Of a stretch of 64,000 nucleotides of DNA, positions 41,329 to 50,847 are shown piece after piece. A program made the translations under genes and the position numbers. Within the stretch, counting starts at the first letter, position 1; each line of letters opens with the position of its first letter. Source of the DNA: an uncultured Gammaproteobacteria bacterium (GTDB lineage Bacteria; Patescibacteriota; Microgenomatia; CAYGWK01); the NCBI GenBank assembly GCA_964353785.1, contig CAYGWK010000003.1, positions 17,303-81,302 on the forward strand, in the 5' to 3' direction. Below the pieces are notes generated by a model. It searched no databases and was not told the origin of the DNA. It worked only from the letters and a program-made list of their open reading frames with translations.

Positions 41329-41940
41329 TTAGTATTCCCTTCTTCCCTCAATCGCCCGCGAGAGGGTGACTTCATCAGCATACTCTAAATCCGCTCCGGT
41401 CGGAAGTCCTTGCCCCAGTCTGGTTATCTTAATTGCTGAATTGCTTAATTTCTCAATTTCTTTTTTTATATAAAGGGCGGTTGCTTCACCCTCCATATTC
41501 GGATTAGTGGCGAGGATGATTTCACTGATTGGCAACCGATTAGCACTGATTCTGCCTAATAATTGTTTTATGTATAACTCATCTGGTCCGATGTTTTCCA
41601 AAGGCGAAATGGCTCCGTGTAAAACATGATAAACTCCTTTATAATTTCCTGCTCGCTCCAAAGCCAAAACATCTAAAGGTTGTTCAACCACACAAATAGT
41701 CCCTTTATCCCGAGTTTGGTCAGCACAAATTGGACAAGGGTCGCTTTCAGCCACATTAAAACAAATTGAACATAAAACCGTGTCTTTTTTTAATTTTTGG
41801 AGAGCCCCGGCAAACTCCTCAAGTTCTTCTTGGGGAACATGAAGCAAATAAAAAGTCAGTCTGGCCGCTGTTTTTGGCCCAATCCCCGGCAATCTCTCAA
41901 ACGCCTCAATCAATCTTCTAATCGGCTTAGCAAGTTGCAT
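41329..41940 (-). CDS. recR: Recombination mediator RecR
   Basis: LPGIGPKTAARL, C4 zinc finger, YHVLHGAISP, ATNPNMEGEATA. Confidence 0.96.
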   Translation of the reverse strand: MQLAKPIRRLIEAFERLPGIGPKTAARLTFYLLHVPQEELEEFAGALQKLKKDTVLCSICFNVAESDPCPICADQTRDKGTICVVEQPLDVLALERAGNYKGVYHVLHGAISPLENIGPDELYIKQLLGRISANRLPISEIILATNPNMEGEATALYIKKEIEKLSNSAIKITRLGQGLPTGADLEYADEVTLSRAIEGRREY

Positions 41941-42102
41941 TAAGAAAATTATATCACAGATTGACATTAAGCCTGGGTTAAACTATAATCCCGCCAAAGC
42001 ACCTTGATTTAATAATAGACCGGATTCTAGTCCCGAGAATAGCCTTGGGATTTAGAAAATATATCTCCTGGTCCGCCGACCCCAGGAGGAAGGAGAAGAA
42101 AA

Positions 42103-42420
42103 GTGATAACAATTATCATTTTCTACCCAGAGGACCCCACTCACATAACGCGAGAGGAAATGCAGGAGATTTGCGAACACATGACTACATTTCCGTCCTT
42201 GCGTTGTCTCCCATCTAACGTTATGGTTGGAGGAAGTCCTCTCGTAGTGTTCTCTATGATAAACCAAAGAAGTCTCCCAGTCTTGGTATGGAATGACATA
42301 CCCAGAGCACAGGTAGAAGTGAAAGAGATCAGGGCAAGGGTAAAGCAGGCACTAACGACCGTGCTAAGAGAGCTTGGGAAATACGGCTGGGAAGACGCGA
42401 TTACAGTCAGAGTACTCTGA
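42103..42420 (+). CDS. Hypothetical protein
   Basis: AAGGAG SD before GTG; opposite strand to the ybaB-recR pair it interrupts. Confidence 0.55.
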   Translation: MITIIIFYPEDPTHITREEMQEICEHMTTFPSLRCLPSNVMVGGSPLVVFSMINQRSLPVLVWNDIPRAQVEVKEIRARVKQALTTVLRELGKYGWEDAITVRVL

Positions 42421-42554
42421 GTGCTCTGAAAACCCATACTTGCGCGAAAGATGGTCGGCAAAGTGGCGGCGGCGAAATCTGGTAAAAATCTGGTTAATCC
42501 AGAAAAACCAGAAACTAGCCGCCGTCTCACTTTCTAAACCGGAGTTCGTAATTA

Positions 42555-42836
42555 TTATTTGCCCAAAAGTCCGCCTAAGCCGCCGGACATCTCTTGGAGT
42601 TTTTGGGCAGCCACTTCTTGAGAGCGTTTAATTGCCTTATTTAAAACATCAATTAGTCGATTTTGTCCTTGACCATCAATTGTTATCTCCTCAACCCTCT
42701 GGTCACCAGTCATAACCACTTTTATTCCCTGCTCTTCAACCTCAATTCGCTCCTCCGCCAGGGCTTTTTGAATTTGCATCGCCTGGTCCCGCATTTTCTT
42801 AAGTTCACCGAGTTGTTTTAGTTTATCGAAAACCAT
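42555..42836 (-). CDS. ybaB: YbaB/EbfC nucleoid-associated protein
   Basis: QAMQIQKAL...IKVVMTGDQRV; dnaX-ybaB-recR synteny. Confidence 0.9.
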   Translation of the reverse strand: MVFDKLKQLGELKKMRDQAMQIQKALAEERIEVEEQGIKVVMTGDQRVEEITIDGQGQNRLIDVLNKAIKRSQEVAAQKLQEMSGGLGGLLGK

Positions 42837-42837
42837 A

Positions 42838-44451
42838 CTACTCCACTATACCAGAAAAAATTTCTTTGGCAACTTCAACAATATCTTCATCGGTCGTCTC
42901 TCCATTTCCTGGAACCACGGGTTCCACTGGTTTTTCCGTGTATTCCTCTTTCTTTTCCGTGATTTCCGTGGTTTTGGGTCTTTCTCCCAAAATACATTTT
43001 AAGTTGATTGGCATTCCTAAAAACTCCGAAGCCACCTCTTCAACAATTTTTCGACATTTTTCAGTTTCAAGTTGGTCTTTATGAAACTTGTAAAAAACTT
43101 CCAAAGTTAAAACTCCACCGGCAAGGTTAATTGGCCGAGTTGCTCGAAGTAAAGCTTCAACCGAATGATTTCTGGGTCGAACTGCCAAAAGAACTTCTTT
43201 CCAATGACCCTGAATCTCTTCTAAAGAAACACTTCCTCTACTTTTAAAACGCGGGGAGGACTGGCTTTCTGCGAAAACTTCAGTTGTTTGAGGCAAGCCC
43301 GAGTGAGATAAAGTCGAGTCCGAAGGACGAGCGGAGTCTCCGAGGGCTGGTGTCGCCTTCGGCGACAGCCGAGTTTGAAGTTGAGCAGAAGACTGTCCGA
43401 CCTTAGCATCCATCCTTCCGCACCACTCTACTACCGCCAACTCAAGCGGAAGTTGAGGAATAACGGCGTCTTTTAATTCCAAAGCAGCTTTGGAAAAAAT
43501 CTCAATCAAAGCTTTTATTTCGCCAGTTTCCAATTTCCAGTTTCCAATTTCCAGTTCATCCTGAACCACCCCAAACTTTTCAAGCAAAGCAGTTCGGAGA
43601 ATTTCAAGCAGACCTTCAGTATAAACCCTTAAGTTTCCTCCTGTTTCAACCACCCGACCAATTTCCGAAATTCCTCCTTTAATATCTTTGGCCGCCAAAA
43701 ACTCAAGCAATTTCTCCGGCGCTAGGCCAACCGTTTGTCCTAAAAGTTCTTTTATTTGCTCAACCGTTATCTTCGTTCCAGAAAACGAGGCCTGTTCCAA
43801 AATTTTTTGGGCATCGCGAAAACTACCAGAAACGCTTCTTGAGATTTCTCGCAGAGCCCCCGCTTCCACTTCAAGTTTTTCCACCTCGCAAATTTTCTCA
43901 AGTTTTGCCACAATCTCGGCAATGGTCGCTCTTTTAAAATTGAATCTTAGGCAACGAGAAATTATTGTTTCGGGAAGTTTTTCTGGAGCGGTGGTGCAGA
44001 GAATAAAGATAGCATGGGCAGGCGGCTCTTCCAAGGTTTTTAAAAGGGCATTGAAGGCTTCCAAAGTTAACATATGAGCCTCATCAATAATATAAACTTT
44101 GTATTTTGCTGACGCAGGAGCCAATTTTATTTTTTCTCTTAAGGATCTGATGTCATCAATTCCCCGATTTGAGGCGGCATCGATTTCTAGAACATCCAGG
44201 TTTGTTCCAGCGGTAATTGAAAGACATTGGTCGCAACTGTTACATGGTTCAAAATCTTTTTTCTTAAGACAATTGACCGCTTTGGCAATAATCCTCGCCG
44301 CTGAAGTTTTCCCAGTTCCTCTTGGTCCACAAAATAAAAAAGCATGAGGGATTTTTCCGGATTTTAAAACTTTTTCCAAACCTTCACGGACAGAAGTTAG
44401 GTCTAGTTCGGAAATTTTCTGCGGTCGATATTTGGTTGTATAGTCACTCAT
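42838..44451 (-). CDS. dnaX: DNA polymerase III subunit gamma/tau
   Basis: KYRPQ, GPRGTGKTS, EIDAASNRGIDDIR, IIDEAHML, LKTLEEPP, SRC. Confidence 0.96.
   Translation of the reverse strand: MSDYTTKYRPQKISELDLTSVREGLEKVLKSGKIPHAFLFCGPRGTGKTSAARIIAKAVNCLKKKDFEPCNSCDQCLSITAGTNLDVLEIDAASNRGIDDIRSLREKIKLAPASAKYKVYIIDEAHMLTLEAFNALLKTLEEPPAHAIFILCTTAPEKLPETIISRCLRFNFKRATIAEIVAKLEKICEVEKLEVEAGALREISRSVSGSFRDAQKILEQASFSGTKITVEQIKELLGQTVGLAPEKLLEFLAAKDIKGGISEIGRVVETGGNLRVYTEGLLEILRTALLEKFGVVQDELEIGNWKLETGEIKALIEIFSKAALELKDAVIPQLPLELAVVEWCGRMDAKVGQSSAQLQTRLSPKATPALGDSARPSDSTLSHSGLPQTTEVFAESQSSPRFKSRGSVSLEEIQGHWKEVLLAVRPRNHSVEALLRATRPINLAGGVLTLEVFYKFHKDQLETEKCRKIVEEVASEFLGMPINLKCILGERPKTTEITEKKEEYTEKPVEPVVPGNGETTDEDIVEVAKEIFSGIVE
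43251..43407 (+). mobile_element. Divergent structured element, copy D, translated in frame inside dnaX
   Basis: Shares GGCAAGCCCGAG...TCCGAGGGC(T)GGT-hairpin-GCC with copy A and the same TGCGNA/RAGCA internal loop; sits in the DnaX linker. Confidence 0.65.
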
Positions 44452-44812
44452 GATTTTCTCCCAGTAAATGTCTTAACCCGTGCTCTACCAATTCATCAAT
44501 TTTCTCATCCACCATTTTTCCTTCCTCTCCGGCCTGCCCTCTTGCCTTTGGATAGCAGATAACAATGTCCCCAAGCCTTAAAATTCCATCTTCATCCCTT
44601 GGCGCTTCAAGAGGAAAAGCTAAAACATCCGTCTCTTCATCAATTTTTCTAAAAACACGATTTAACTCTCTTATTTTTCTTGTCCCAACAATTAAAATAC
44701 TTACCTCAGCCTCGTCAAGTCCTGCCTGCCCCAACAAATTTTGCACCAGTTTGCGGATTTTTTCTCTATTTATCTTATATCTTGATTCTGAAGATATTAA
44801 AACTGATATCAT
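44444..44812 (-). CDS. ybeY: rRNA maturation RNase YbeY
   Basis: IRELNRVFR, TDVLAFP, LGDIVIC, HGLRHLLGENH. Confidence 0.92.
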   Translation of the reverse strand: MISVLISSESRYKINREKIRKLVQNLLGQAGLDEAEVSILIVGTRKIRELNRVFRKIDEETDVLAFPLEAPRDEDGILRLGDIVICYPKARGQAGEEGKMVDEKIDELVEHGLRHLLGENHE

Positions 44813-44855
44813 ATGAGGCTGTCAACTAGCAAATAACCAATATAAACTATATCAA

Positions 44856-45320
44856 TTAAGCGGACTGTCCCAGCTTTTCCTTAACAATTTTAGCCACTTT
44901 TTGGCCTTCTGCCTGTCCTTTAACTTTTGCCATTACTTCTCCCATGACTTTGCCAAAATCTCTTGGTCCAGTTGCTCCTGTCTCCAAAATTTCTTCTTCA
45001 ACCACTTTAGTCAACTCACCTTGGGAAATTTGTTGAGGTAAATAATTGTTCAAAATCTCAAGTTCTCCCTGCTCTTTCTTGACTAAATCATCTCGCTTAC
45101 CAGTTTTAAATGCTTCAATTGATTCCTTTCTAAGTTTTACTTGTTGCCTAATTACTTCTACCACCTCTTCGTCAGGTAAATTTTTACCCTGAGCGCAGCG
45201 AAGGGCGATCTCTTTATTATGAATAGCCGACAGCAAAAATCGCAAGGTCGAAACCCTCGCCTCATCTTTGGCTTTCAAAGCCTGTTTTAAATCATTTTTG
45301 ATTTTTTCTAAAAGCATCAC
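44856..45320 (-). CDS. yqeY: GatB/YqeY domain protein
   Basis: DLKQALKAKD, RKESIEAF, YLPQQ, DFGKVMG; carries the palindromic insert ALRCAQG. Confidence 0.92.
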   Translation of the reverse strand: MMLLEKIKNDLKQALKAKDEARVSTLRFLLSAIHNKEIALRCAQGKNLPDEEVVEVIRQQVKLRKESIEAFKTGKRDDLVKKEQGELEILNNYLPQQISQGELTKVVEEEILETGATGPRDFGKVMGEVMAKVKGQAEGQKVAKIVKEKLGQSA

Positions 45321-45505
45321 CAGTACCTTCTTGGCTTTCTTTTCTTTAGGGCTTTTTCCCGTTCATACCGCTTTCGTGAGGGTTTTAAATAAAATTCCCT
45401 CTCTTTCATTTCCTCCAAAACTTCTTCATTTAAGATTTTTTTTCTAAATTGAGCAATTAAAGAATCTTCAGATTGTCCTGGTCTTTTTTTGACAATGGTT
45501 GCCAT
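45317..45505 (-). CDS. rpsU: 30S ribosomal protein S21
   Basis: LIAQFRKK...REFYLKPS; hinT-rpsU-yqeY synteny. Confidence 0.85.
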   Translation of the reverse strand: MATIVKKRPGQSEDSLIAQFRKKILNEEVLEEMKEREFYLKPSRKRYEREKALKKRKPRRYW

Positions 45506-45509
45506 AAAC

Positions 45510-45848
45510 TCACCGAACACCCCCTTCCCATCCTCCAATCAAATGAACATGCAAATGGAAAACTAGCTGTCCTCCAGCCTTACCAACATTTATCCCAATC
45601 CGGTAACCTTTATCGGCAATTTTTTCTTGCTCAGCCAGTTTTTTCGCCAAGAGAAGCACCTCTCCCAAAAGTTCTCTGTCTTTTTCGTTTGCCTCCGCCA
45701 GACTGGGAATGTGTTTTTTTGGGACAATTAAAATATGAACTGGGGCGATTGGTTTGATGTCTTTGAAGGCAACTAAATTTTCGTCTTGATAAACAAATTT
45801 TGTCGGAATTTCACCGCTTGAGATTTTGCAGAAAATACATTCATCCAT
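45510..45848 (-). CDS. hinT: HIT family (HinT) nucleotide-binding protein
   Basis: CIFCKI, HILIVPKKH, GQLVFHLHVHLIGG. Confidence 0.93.
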   Translation of the reverse strand: MDECIFCKISSGEIPTKFVYQDENLVAFKDIKPIAPVHILIVPKKHIPSLAEANEKDRELLGEVLLLAKKLAEQEKIADKGYRIGINVGKAGGQLVFHLHVHLIGGWEGGVR

Positions 45849-45903
45849 TAAAAATCACAAATTGATTATAATTCTTCTCTGAAAAATTGACAAGAGCCAA
45901 AAA

Positions 45904-46740
45904 TTAGGCTTTCTCAAGGATTTTGATGATTTCCGAAAGAGAGAGTTTGGTGGGAACCCGGTTGGGATCGCCTCGGCTACCATTTAAAAGAAGATGTTTG
46001 GTTGGGTGAAGATACCAGGTTGCTTTCGGGTCTTTGTTTTTAAACTCTTCATAAGCGCGAGTTAAATCAACTTTTTTATCCCAACGGCTGTAAATTCGTA
46101 AATGTTTCGTTTTTGGATTTTTTCTGGCCACCAAAACAAAACCTTGTTTTTGACCAACCATTAAAACCTGTTCAGCAAAACTTTCAACTGCCACTGCTTT
46201 CCCCCACCTCGTCCTAAAAACTTTGCCTTCTTCTTCCAAAATTTTCTCAGCTATTACTTTATCTTTTAAAACTTTAAAGACTCCATCAAGACAAGAAAGT
46301 CCCAAAGAAATTATCGCCTCGTCTCCTCCTTCTTTCTCAAATCCAGAAAGTAAATTATGAAGACAAAATTCGTATCTGTCCGAAGAAGCATTCTCCCAAG
46401 TTATCATTCTTCCATTATCAATCTCCGTAATCACCGCTACTAATCTTTCCAAGGTTTTTTTATCAACTTCTCTTAAATCTCTTTCTTTTTTAATTTTTTT
46501 CAAAACCAAACCAGCAGCCGAGCTATATTCTCCTTTTTGGTGGTGGTCTAATTTCCCGTGTCCGGTATCAACATGCAAAATCTCTGGGTCCGAGTCTGGT
46601 GGCGCCCCTCTAAAAGTCTCTCCAGCGGAAACGAATTTTACCTCGGCTTTTGTCCAACCAGGCAAAAATCTCTTTATCAGCCAAACAGCGGTGACCGCAT
46701 CTAAATCTGGATAAAAATGGGTAACAATAATTTTTGCCAT
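45904..46740 (-). CDS. DHH/MYG1-like phosphoesterase
   Basis: THFYPDLDA, VDTG..LDHHQ. Confidence 0.65.
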   Translation of the reverse strand: MAKIIVTHFYPDLDAVTAVWLIKRFLPGWTKAEVKFVSAGETFRGAPPDSDPEILHVDTGHGKLDHHQKGEYSSAAGLVLKKIKKERDLREVDKKTLERLVAVITEIDNGRMITWENASSDRYEFCLHNLLSGFEKEGGDEAIISLGLSCLDGVFKVLKDKVIAEKILEEEGKVFRTRWGKAVAVESFAEQVLMVGQKQGFVLVARKNPKTKHLRIYSRWDKKVDLTRAYEEFKNKDPKATWYLHPTKHLLLNGSRGDPNRVPTKLSLSEIIKILEKA

Positions 46741-46742
46741 AT

Positions 46743-47705
46743 TTAAAAAAGACTGACTAAAACTTTGGCGATTTTTGAAGGATCGTGGCGGATAAGTTTA
46801 CCTGAAGTGGCAAAAGAGCCAGTGATAATTTTAACGTCAGAAATTTTTTCTTTATCAAATTTGACTGGTCCAGATTTATATTTTTTATACCAGCGGGCAA
46901 CTGAAACTGGCAGTTTAAGTTTTTTATTGACTATCGCCACCGAAAGTTTTCTCCCTGCTCTACCTAAATATTTTTTAATTTCTCTTAAAAAATCAGAAAC
47001 AGTAAAATTATTTGTTTCGCCGTGTTTGGTCATTAAGTTACAGACATAAACTAATTTTGCTCCAGAACCAGCAATGGCCTGGTTTACTCCAGAAACTAAA
47101 AGATTGGGAATAATTGAAGTATATAAATCTCCTGGTCCTAAGACTATCAAATCAGCCTCAAGAATTGCTTTTTTTGCTCCGGGAAAAATTTTTCCTTTTG
47201 GAGAAAGATAAACTTTTTCAATTGGAATTTCTGGTTTAATTTTTCTGACATCAATATTTGTTTCTCCTTTAATAATAGTTCCATCCGTAAGTTCTGCAAC
47301 TAATTCCGTGTTATCGGTGGTTACCGGTAAAACTTGACCAGAGACTTCTAAAATTTTTGAGGCTTCGGAAATGGCTAAGTCAGGCCGACCGGTAATTTGC
47401 GTCAAAGCAGCTAGCAAAAGATTTCCTAGAGAATGACCAGCTAACTCACCATTGTTGAAACGAAAATCAAAAAGTGTTTTTAAGGTTTTTTTCTTAATAT
47501 GAAGACTAGACAAAGCCAAAAGGGTTCTTCTGATATCTCCTGGAGGCAAAATCCCTAAATCTTGCCGAAGCCTGCCCGAAGAACCGCCGGAGTCAGACAT
47601 GGTCACAATGGCAGTTAAATCAACTGGATATTTTTTTAAGCCCAAAAGAATCTGGTAAGTTCCCGTCCCTCCACCAATACAAACAATTTTGGGTCGCTTC
47701 TTCAC
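46743..47705 (-). CDS. yvcK: YvcK/CofD-like gluconeogenesis factor
   Basis: IGGGTG, DSGGSSGRLR, PPGDIR, GHSLGNL, GPGDLYTSIIPNL; GTG start at 47705. Confidence 0.92.
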   Translation of the reverse strand: MKKRPKIVCIGGGTGTYQILLGLKKYPVDLTAIVTMSDSGGSSGRLRQDLGILPPGDIRRTLLALSSLHIKKKTLKTLFDFRFNNGELAGHSLGNLLLAALTQITGRPDLAISEASKILEVSGQVLPVTTDNTELVAELTDGTIIKGETNIDVRKIKPEIPIEKVYLSPKGKIFPGAKKAILEADLIVLGPGDLYTSIIPNLLVSGVNQAIAGSGAKLVYVCNLMTKHGETNNFTVSDFLREIKKYLGRAGRKLSVAIVNKKLKLPVSVARWYKKYKSGPVKFDKEKISDVKIITGSFATSGKLIRHDPSKIAKVLVSLF

Positions 47706-47789
47706 TAAGGGTATATTATACCAGACACGAAAAAGGGGCTTCCCATTTTGCAATGAAAAGCCCCTCTGGGCGGGTCAAGGCAAGAGAAC

Positions 47790-48056
47790 TTAGATTGGCG
47801 AATGATAAATGGTGTAGGTCATCTCCCTATTTTTCCTCTCAGCCACTAGGGTCGGTATTGTCGGTCTCACTCCGTCTTCTGTCAAGAACAAAACCAACCC
47901 CCGAGGAAGAGCGTAGTAACGTATTCTTTTGGCTGTGGTGTCGCCTTGAGGACGCAAGAGAAGATGGACCATACCGTCTCCTACAAACCACCCGCGCGAC
48001 ACGATATCGTACTTTCCTTCTTCTACCCGATTAAGCGGACTACCTCTCATTTCCAT
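47790..48056 (-). CDS. Hypothetical protein
   Basis: AAGGAG SD; 88 aa. Confidence 0.5.
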   Translation of the reverse strand: MEMRGSPLNRVEEGKYDIVSRGWFVGDGMVHLLLRPQGDTTAKRIRYYALPRGLVLFLTEDGVRPTIPTLVAERKNREMTYTIYHSPI

Positions 48057-48095
48057 CTCTTTCTCCTTCTCGGCTTTTGCCGAAATTTTTCTGTG

Positions 48096-48506
48096 TTAGG
48101 TTTTGATTGCCAGATCTTCCTCGACCACCTCTCTCTGCCAGAACAAGTCAAACAGATCTGTTAGGGGCCAACCCGCGACAACCAGTGCACCGAGAACATT
48201 CACCACTAAAGGTTCTCCTCGAGAAAGCTCTGTCTCTTTAATGAATAAAAGTGATGCCACCACCATAGCCAAAGCAAGACAAACAGCTAAGGTGTTCAGA
48301 GTGGGAACCTTGCGGTCAAGAATCATGGTCACCTTGACCAAGAAAGAGAGAAGGAACCAGCCCAGGGTCAGAACGAAAAGAAACAGAAAAATACGGGGTG
48401 GGATTGATTGGTAATAAATCTCCTCTTCTGTCAAGGGATGCTGGAAGGCGCCATAACAAAACAGGCCTCCTATCACTAAAGCAATAATTCCCACCAACCT
48501 TCTCAT
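48096..48506 (-). CDS. Hypothetical membrane protein
   Basis: GAGGAGG SD; four TM segments. Confidence 0.65.
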   Translation of the reverse strand: MRRLVGIIALVIGGLFCYGAFQHPLTEEEIYYQSIPPRIFLFLFVLTLGWFLLSFLVKVTMILDRKVPTLNTLAVCLALAMVVASLLFIKETELSRGEPLVVNVLGALVVAGWPLTDLFDLFWQREVVEEDLAIKT

Positions 48507-48677
48507 TTTTTTCCTCCTCTATTTAGAATTTGTTTTTTTGTCTTGAATATTTAAAAGAGCGATAGGTTTTGGCAAAGAGAAAACCGCATTATAGTCTTCC
48601 TTCGCTCGAAAACCTTTAAAAAAGAAACTGGCAGCATTCTATCAGAAACTATGGGGCTTTGTCAATTAAATGAAGAT

Positions 48678-50117
48678 TTAATACGCTTGGGCGAAAAGCC
48701 AGCGGCAAGAAGCATCTTTGCCACAATAAATGCACTTTCCTTTTTCTTTTTGAGAATCTTTGGGTAAAAGACGAATACTTGCCTTGGTTTCTTCTTTAAT
48801 TTTTTCTTCGCATTTCGAGTCCTCACACCAAAAAGCCAAAATTGCTCCCCGTTTTTCTTTCATAATTTCCTTAAATTCCTGATAATCCCAAACTTCATGG
48901 GTATTTTCTTGCAAAAATTTTTCTGCATTTTGTAAAAGGTCTTTTTGCATTTTCCCTAAGATGCTTTCAACTTTTTCCCCAACATCTTCTAAAGAAGTTT
49001 CTTCTTTTGAAATTTTCACTTTTCCCTGTTTTACTTCCTCTGGTCCAACTGGAATAATTAAGGAAATCCCTTTTATCTCGGCCTCATTTGCTTTCCAGCC
49101 AAAAGTTTGTTCTTGGTCGTCCCAAACCTCAACCGCCCCAGGAAATTCGCTTCCTTTTTTCTCCTCAATTTTTTCTTTGACTTTTTGAGCAAAAACCAAA
49201 ACTTCTTTATCATCCTTCCCAAATATAGGAATAATCACCACCTTAACCGGAGCCACTTTAGGAGGAAAAACCAAGCCATTATCATCTCCGTGAGCCATAA
49301 TCAAGGCCCCGATTGAACGGGTGGAAAATCCCCAGCAAGTCTGCCAGACATACTCAAGCCTACCTTTTTTGTCTTGAAATTGAATCTTGAAGGGCTTTGA
49401 GAAATTCTGGCCTAAATCATGAGAAGTGCATCCTTGAAGAACTTTGCCGTCAGGCATAAGCATCTCGTAAGCATAGGTATCAACTGCTCCGGGAAATTTT
49501 TCTGTTTCTGATTTTTTGCCCATAAAACCAGGAAGAGCCAGATATTCTTGATAAAGCTTGGCATACGTATTTAAAGCCCGCTCAACTTCCTTCTTTGCCT
49601 CATCCCAAGTGGCATGGCAAGTATGTCCTTCTTGCCATAAAAATTCAGTTGTCCGCAAAAATAGATAAGTTCTTTTTTCCCAGCGAACAATGTTACACCA
49701 CTGATTAAGCCGCAAAGGCAAATCTCGCCAAGAGGAAATCCATTTAGAAAACATTGAATAAATAACTGTTTCTGAAGTTGGTCTGATGACCAGTTTTTCC
49801 CCAAGTTCTTCTCCACCACCAATAGTGACCACGGCCAACTCTGGGGAAAAACCTTTGACATGTTCTTTTTCTTTTTTAAGAAAACTTTCGGGAATAAAAA
49901 GAGGAAAATAGGCATTGGGAATTCCGGCAGATTTAATCATTCCATCTAGGGCTTTTTGGATATTCTCCCATAAAGCATAACCATAAGGCCGAATAACCAT
50001 GCAACCTTTAACCGGAGCATAATCAGCCAGTTCGGCCTTCAAAATTACATCAGTGTACCAGCGCGAGAAATCTTTTGATTTTTTGGTGATCTCTTTTTTT
50101 TCAAATTTTTCTTCCAT
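48678..50117 (-). CDS. proS: Proline--tRNA ligase (archaeal/eukaryote-type)
   Basis: FSRWYTDVI, RPTSET, FLRTTEFLWQEGHT, SHDLGQNFS, C-terminal zinc domain ending FAQAY. Confidence 0.97.
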   Translation of the reverse strand: MEEKFEKKEITKKSKDFSRWYTDVILKAELADYAPVKGCMVIRPYGYALWENIQKALDGMIKSAGIPNAYFPLFIPESFLKKEKEHVKGFSPELAVVTIGGGEELGEKLVIRPTSETVIYSMFSKWISSWRDLPLRLNQWCNIVRWEKRTYLFLRTTEFLWQEGHTCHATWDEAKKEVERALNTYAKLYQEYLALPGFMGKKSETEKFPGAVDTYAYEMLMPDGKVLQGCTSHDLGQNFSKPFKIQFQDKKGRLEYVWQTCWGFSTRSIGALIMAHGDDNGLVFPPKVAPVKVVIIPIFGKDDKEVLVFAQKVKEKIEEKKGSEFPGAVEVWDDQEQTFGWKANEAEIKGISLIIPVGPEEVKQGKVKISKEETSLEDVGEKVESILGKMQKDLLQNAEKFLQENTHEVWDYQEFKEIMKEKRGAILAFWCEDSKCEEKIKEETKASIRLLPKDSQKEKGKCIYCGKDASCRWLFAQAY

Positions 50118-50295
50118 TGAATTGATTATATGAAGAAAATTTTAAAGAAGCAAATTTCAGCCCCGTAGAACCTTACCGTTCGCCTTTTCAGTATTATTCA
50201 TACACGGCTCACGGAGCGGTTTTAACGGGGTAAACAAAAAAAGACCCCAGTTGAAAATGCTTTTCAGCAAATCCCCAACTGGGGCCCTTCGCACC

Positions 50296-50487
50296 CTATG
50301 CCAAAATTGTTCCCTTAATACTCCCTCCATTTCTTTCAAGTATATTGTTTACTTCTTCTCTCTCGGATCGAACTACGACGGAGCAGTAATCAGCAGCCCA
50401 GCATCCTGCACAGCGAATAGGCGAAGCACCTCCGTATGGACAACTTCTTGGCCTGATTCTTCTTCTGTGTTTCTTTTCTTTATTCAT
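50296..50487 (-). CDS. Small Cys-rich hypothetical protein
   Basis: AAGGAG SD; CPY...RCAGC...YC. Confidence 0.4.
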   Translation of the reverse strand: MNKEKKHRRRIRPRSCPYGGASPIRCAGCWAADYCSVVVRSEREEVNNILERNGGSIKGTILA

Positions 50488-50618
50488 TTTACTACTCCTT
50501 GTTAAATTTATTTGGCTAAAAGGTGCGAAAACAAAAAAGCCTAAGATTTAAGCAATATAAATCCAGGCTGAATTTTCTGAATAAAGTATATCAAGAATTT
50601 TTCTCAAAGTCAACTCTA

Positions 50619-50643
50619 TGGGCTTTTTCCACGAAAAAGCCCC
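50619..50643. terminator. Hairpin GGGCTTTTT-CCACG-AAAAAGCCC
   Basis: Perfect 9-bp stem downstream of the minus-strand ORFs. Confidence 0.4.
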
Positions 50644-50847
50644 ACTGTTTATAAAATCCCTATTCATCGGGAAAACCCAGCGGGGCTCGCAATACGAAGC
50701 AGGAAAGTCATTTTTATCTCCTCCCAGCCAAAGCTGAAAAGGGAATCAATCCCCTATTTTTTTACGGTAGCCGGGGTATTCTACCAACCGTCTTTTGGAT
50801 TTTGGGTCTTCACCCATAGAGGCGCGGAGTCCTCCCTGAGCCTTGCG

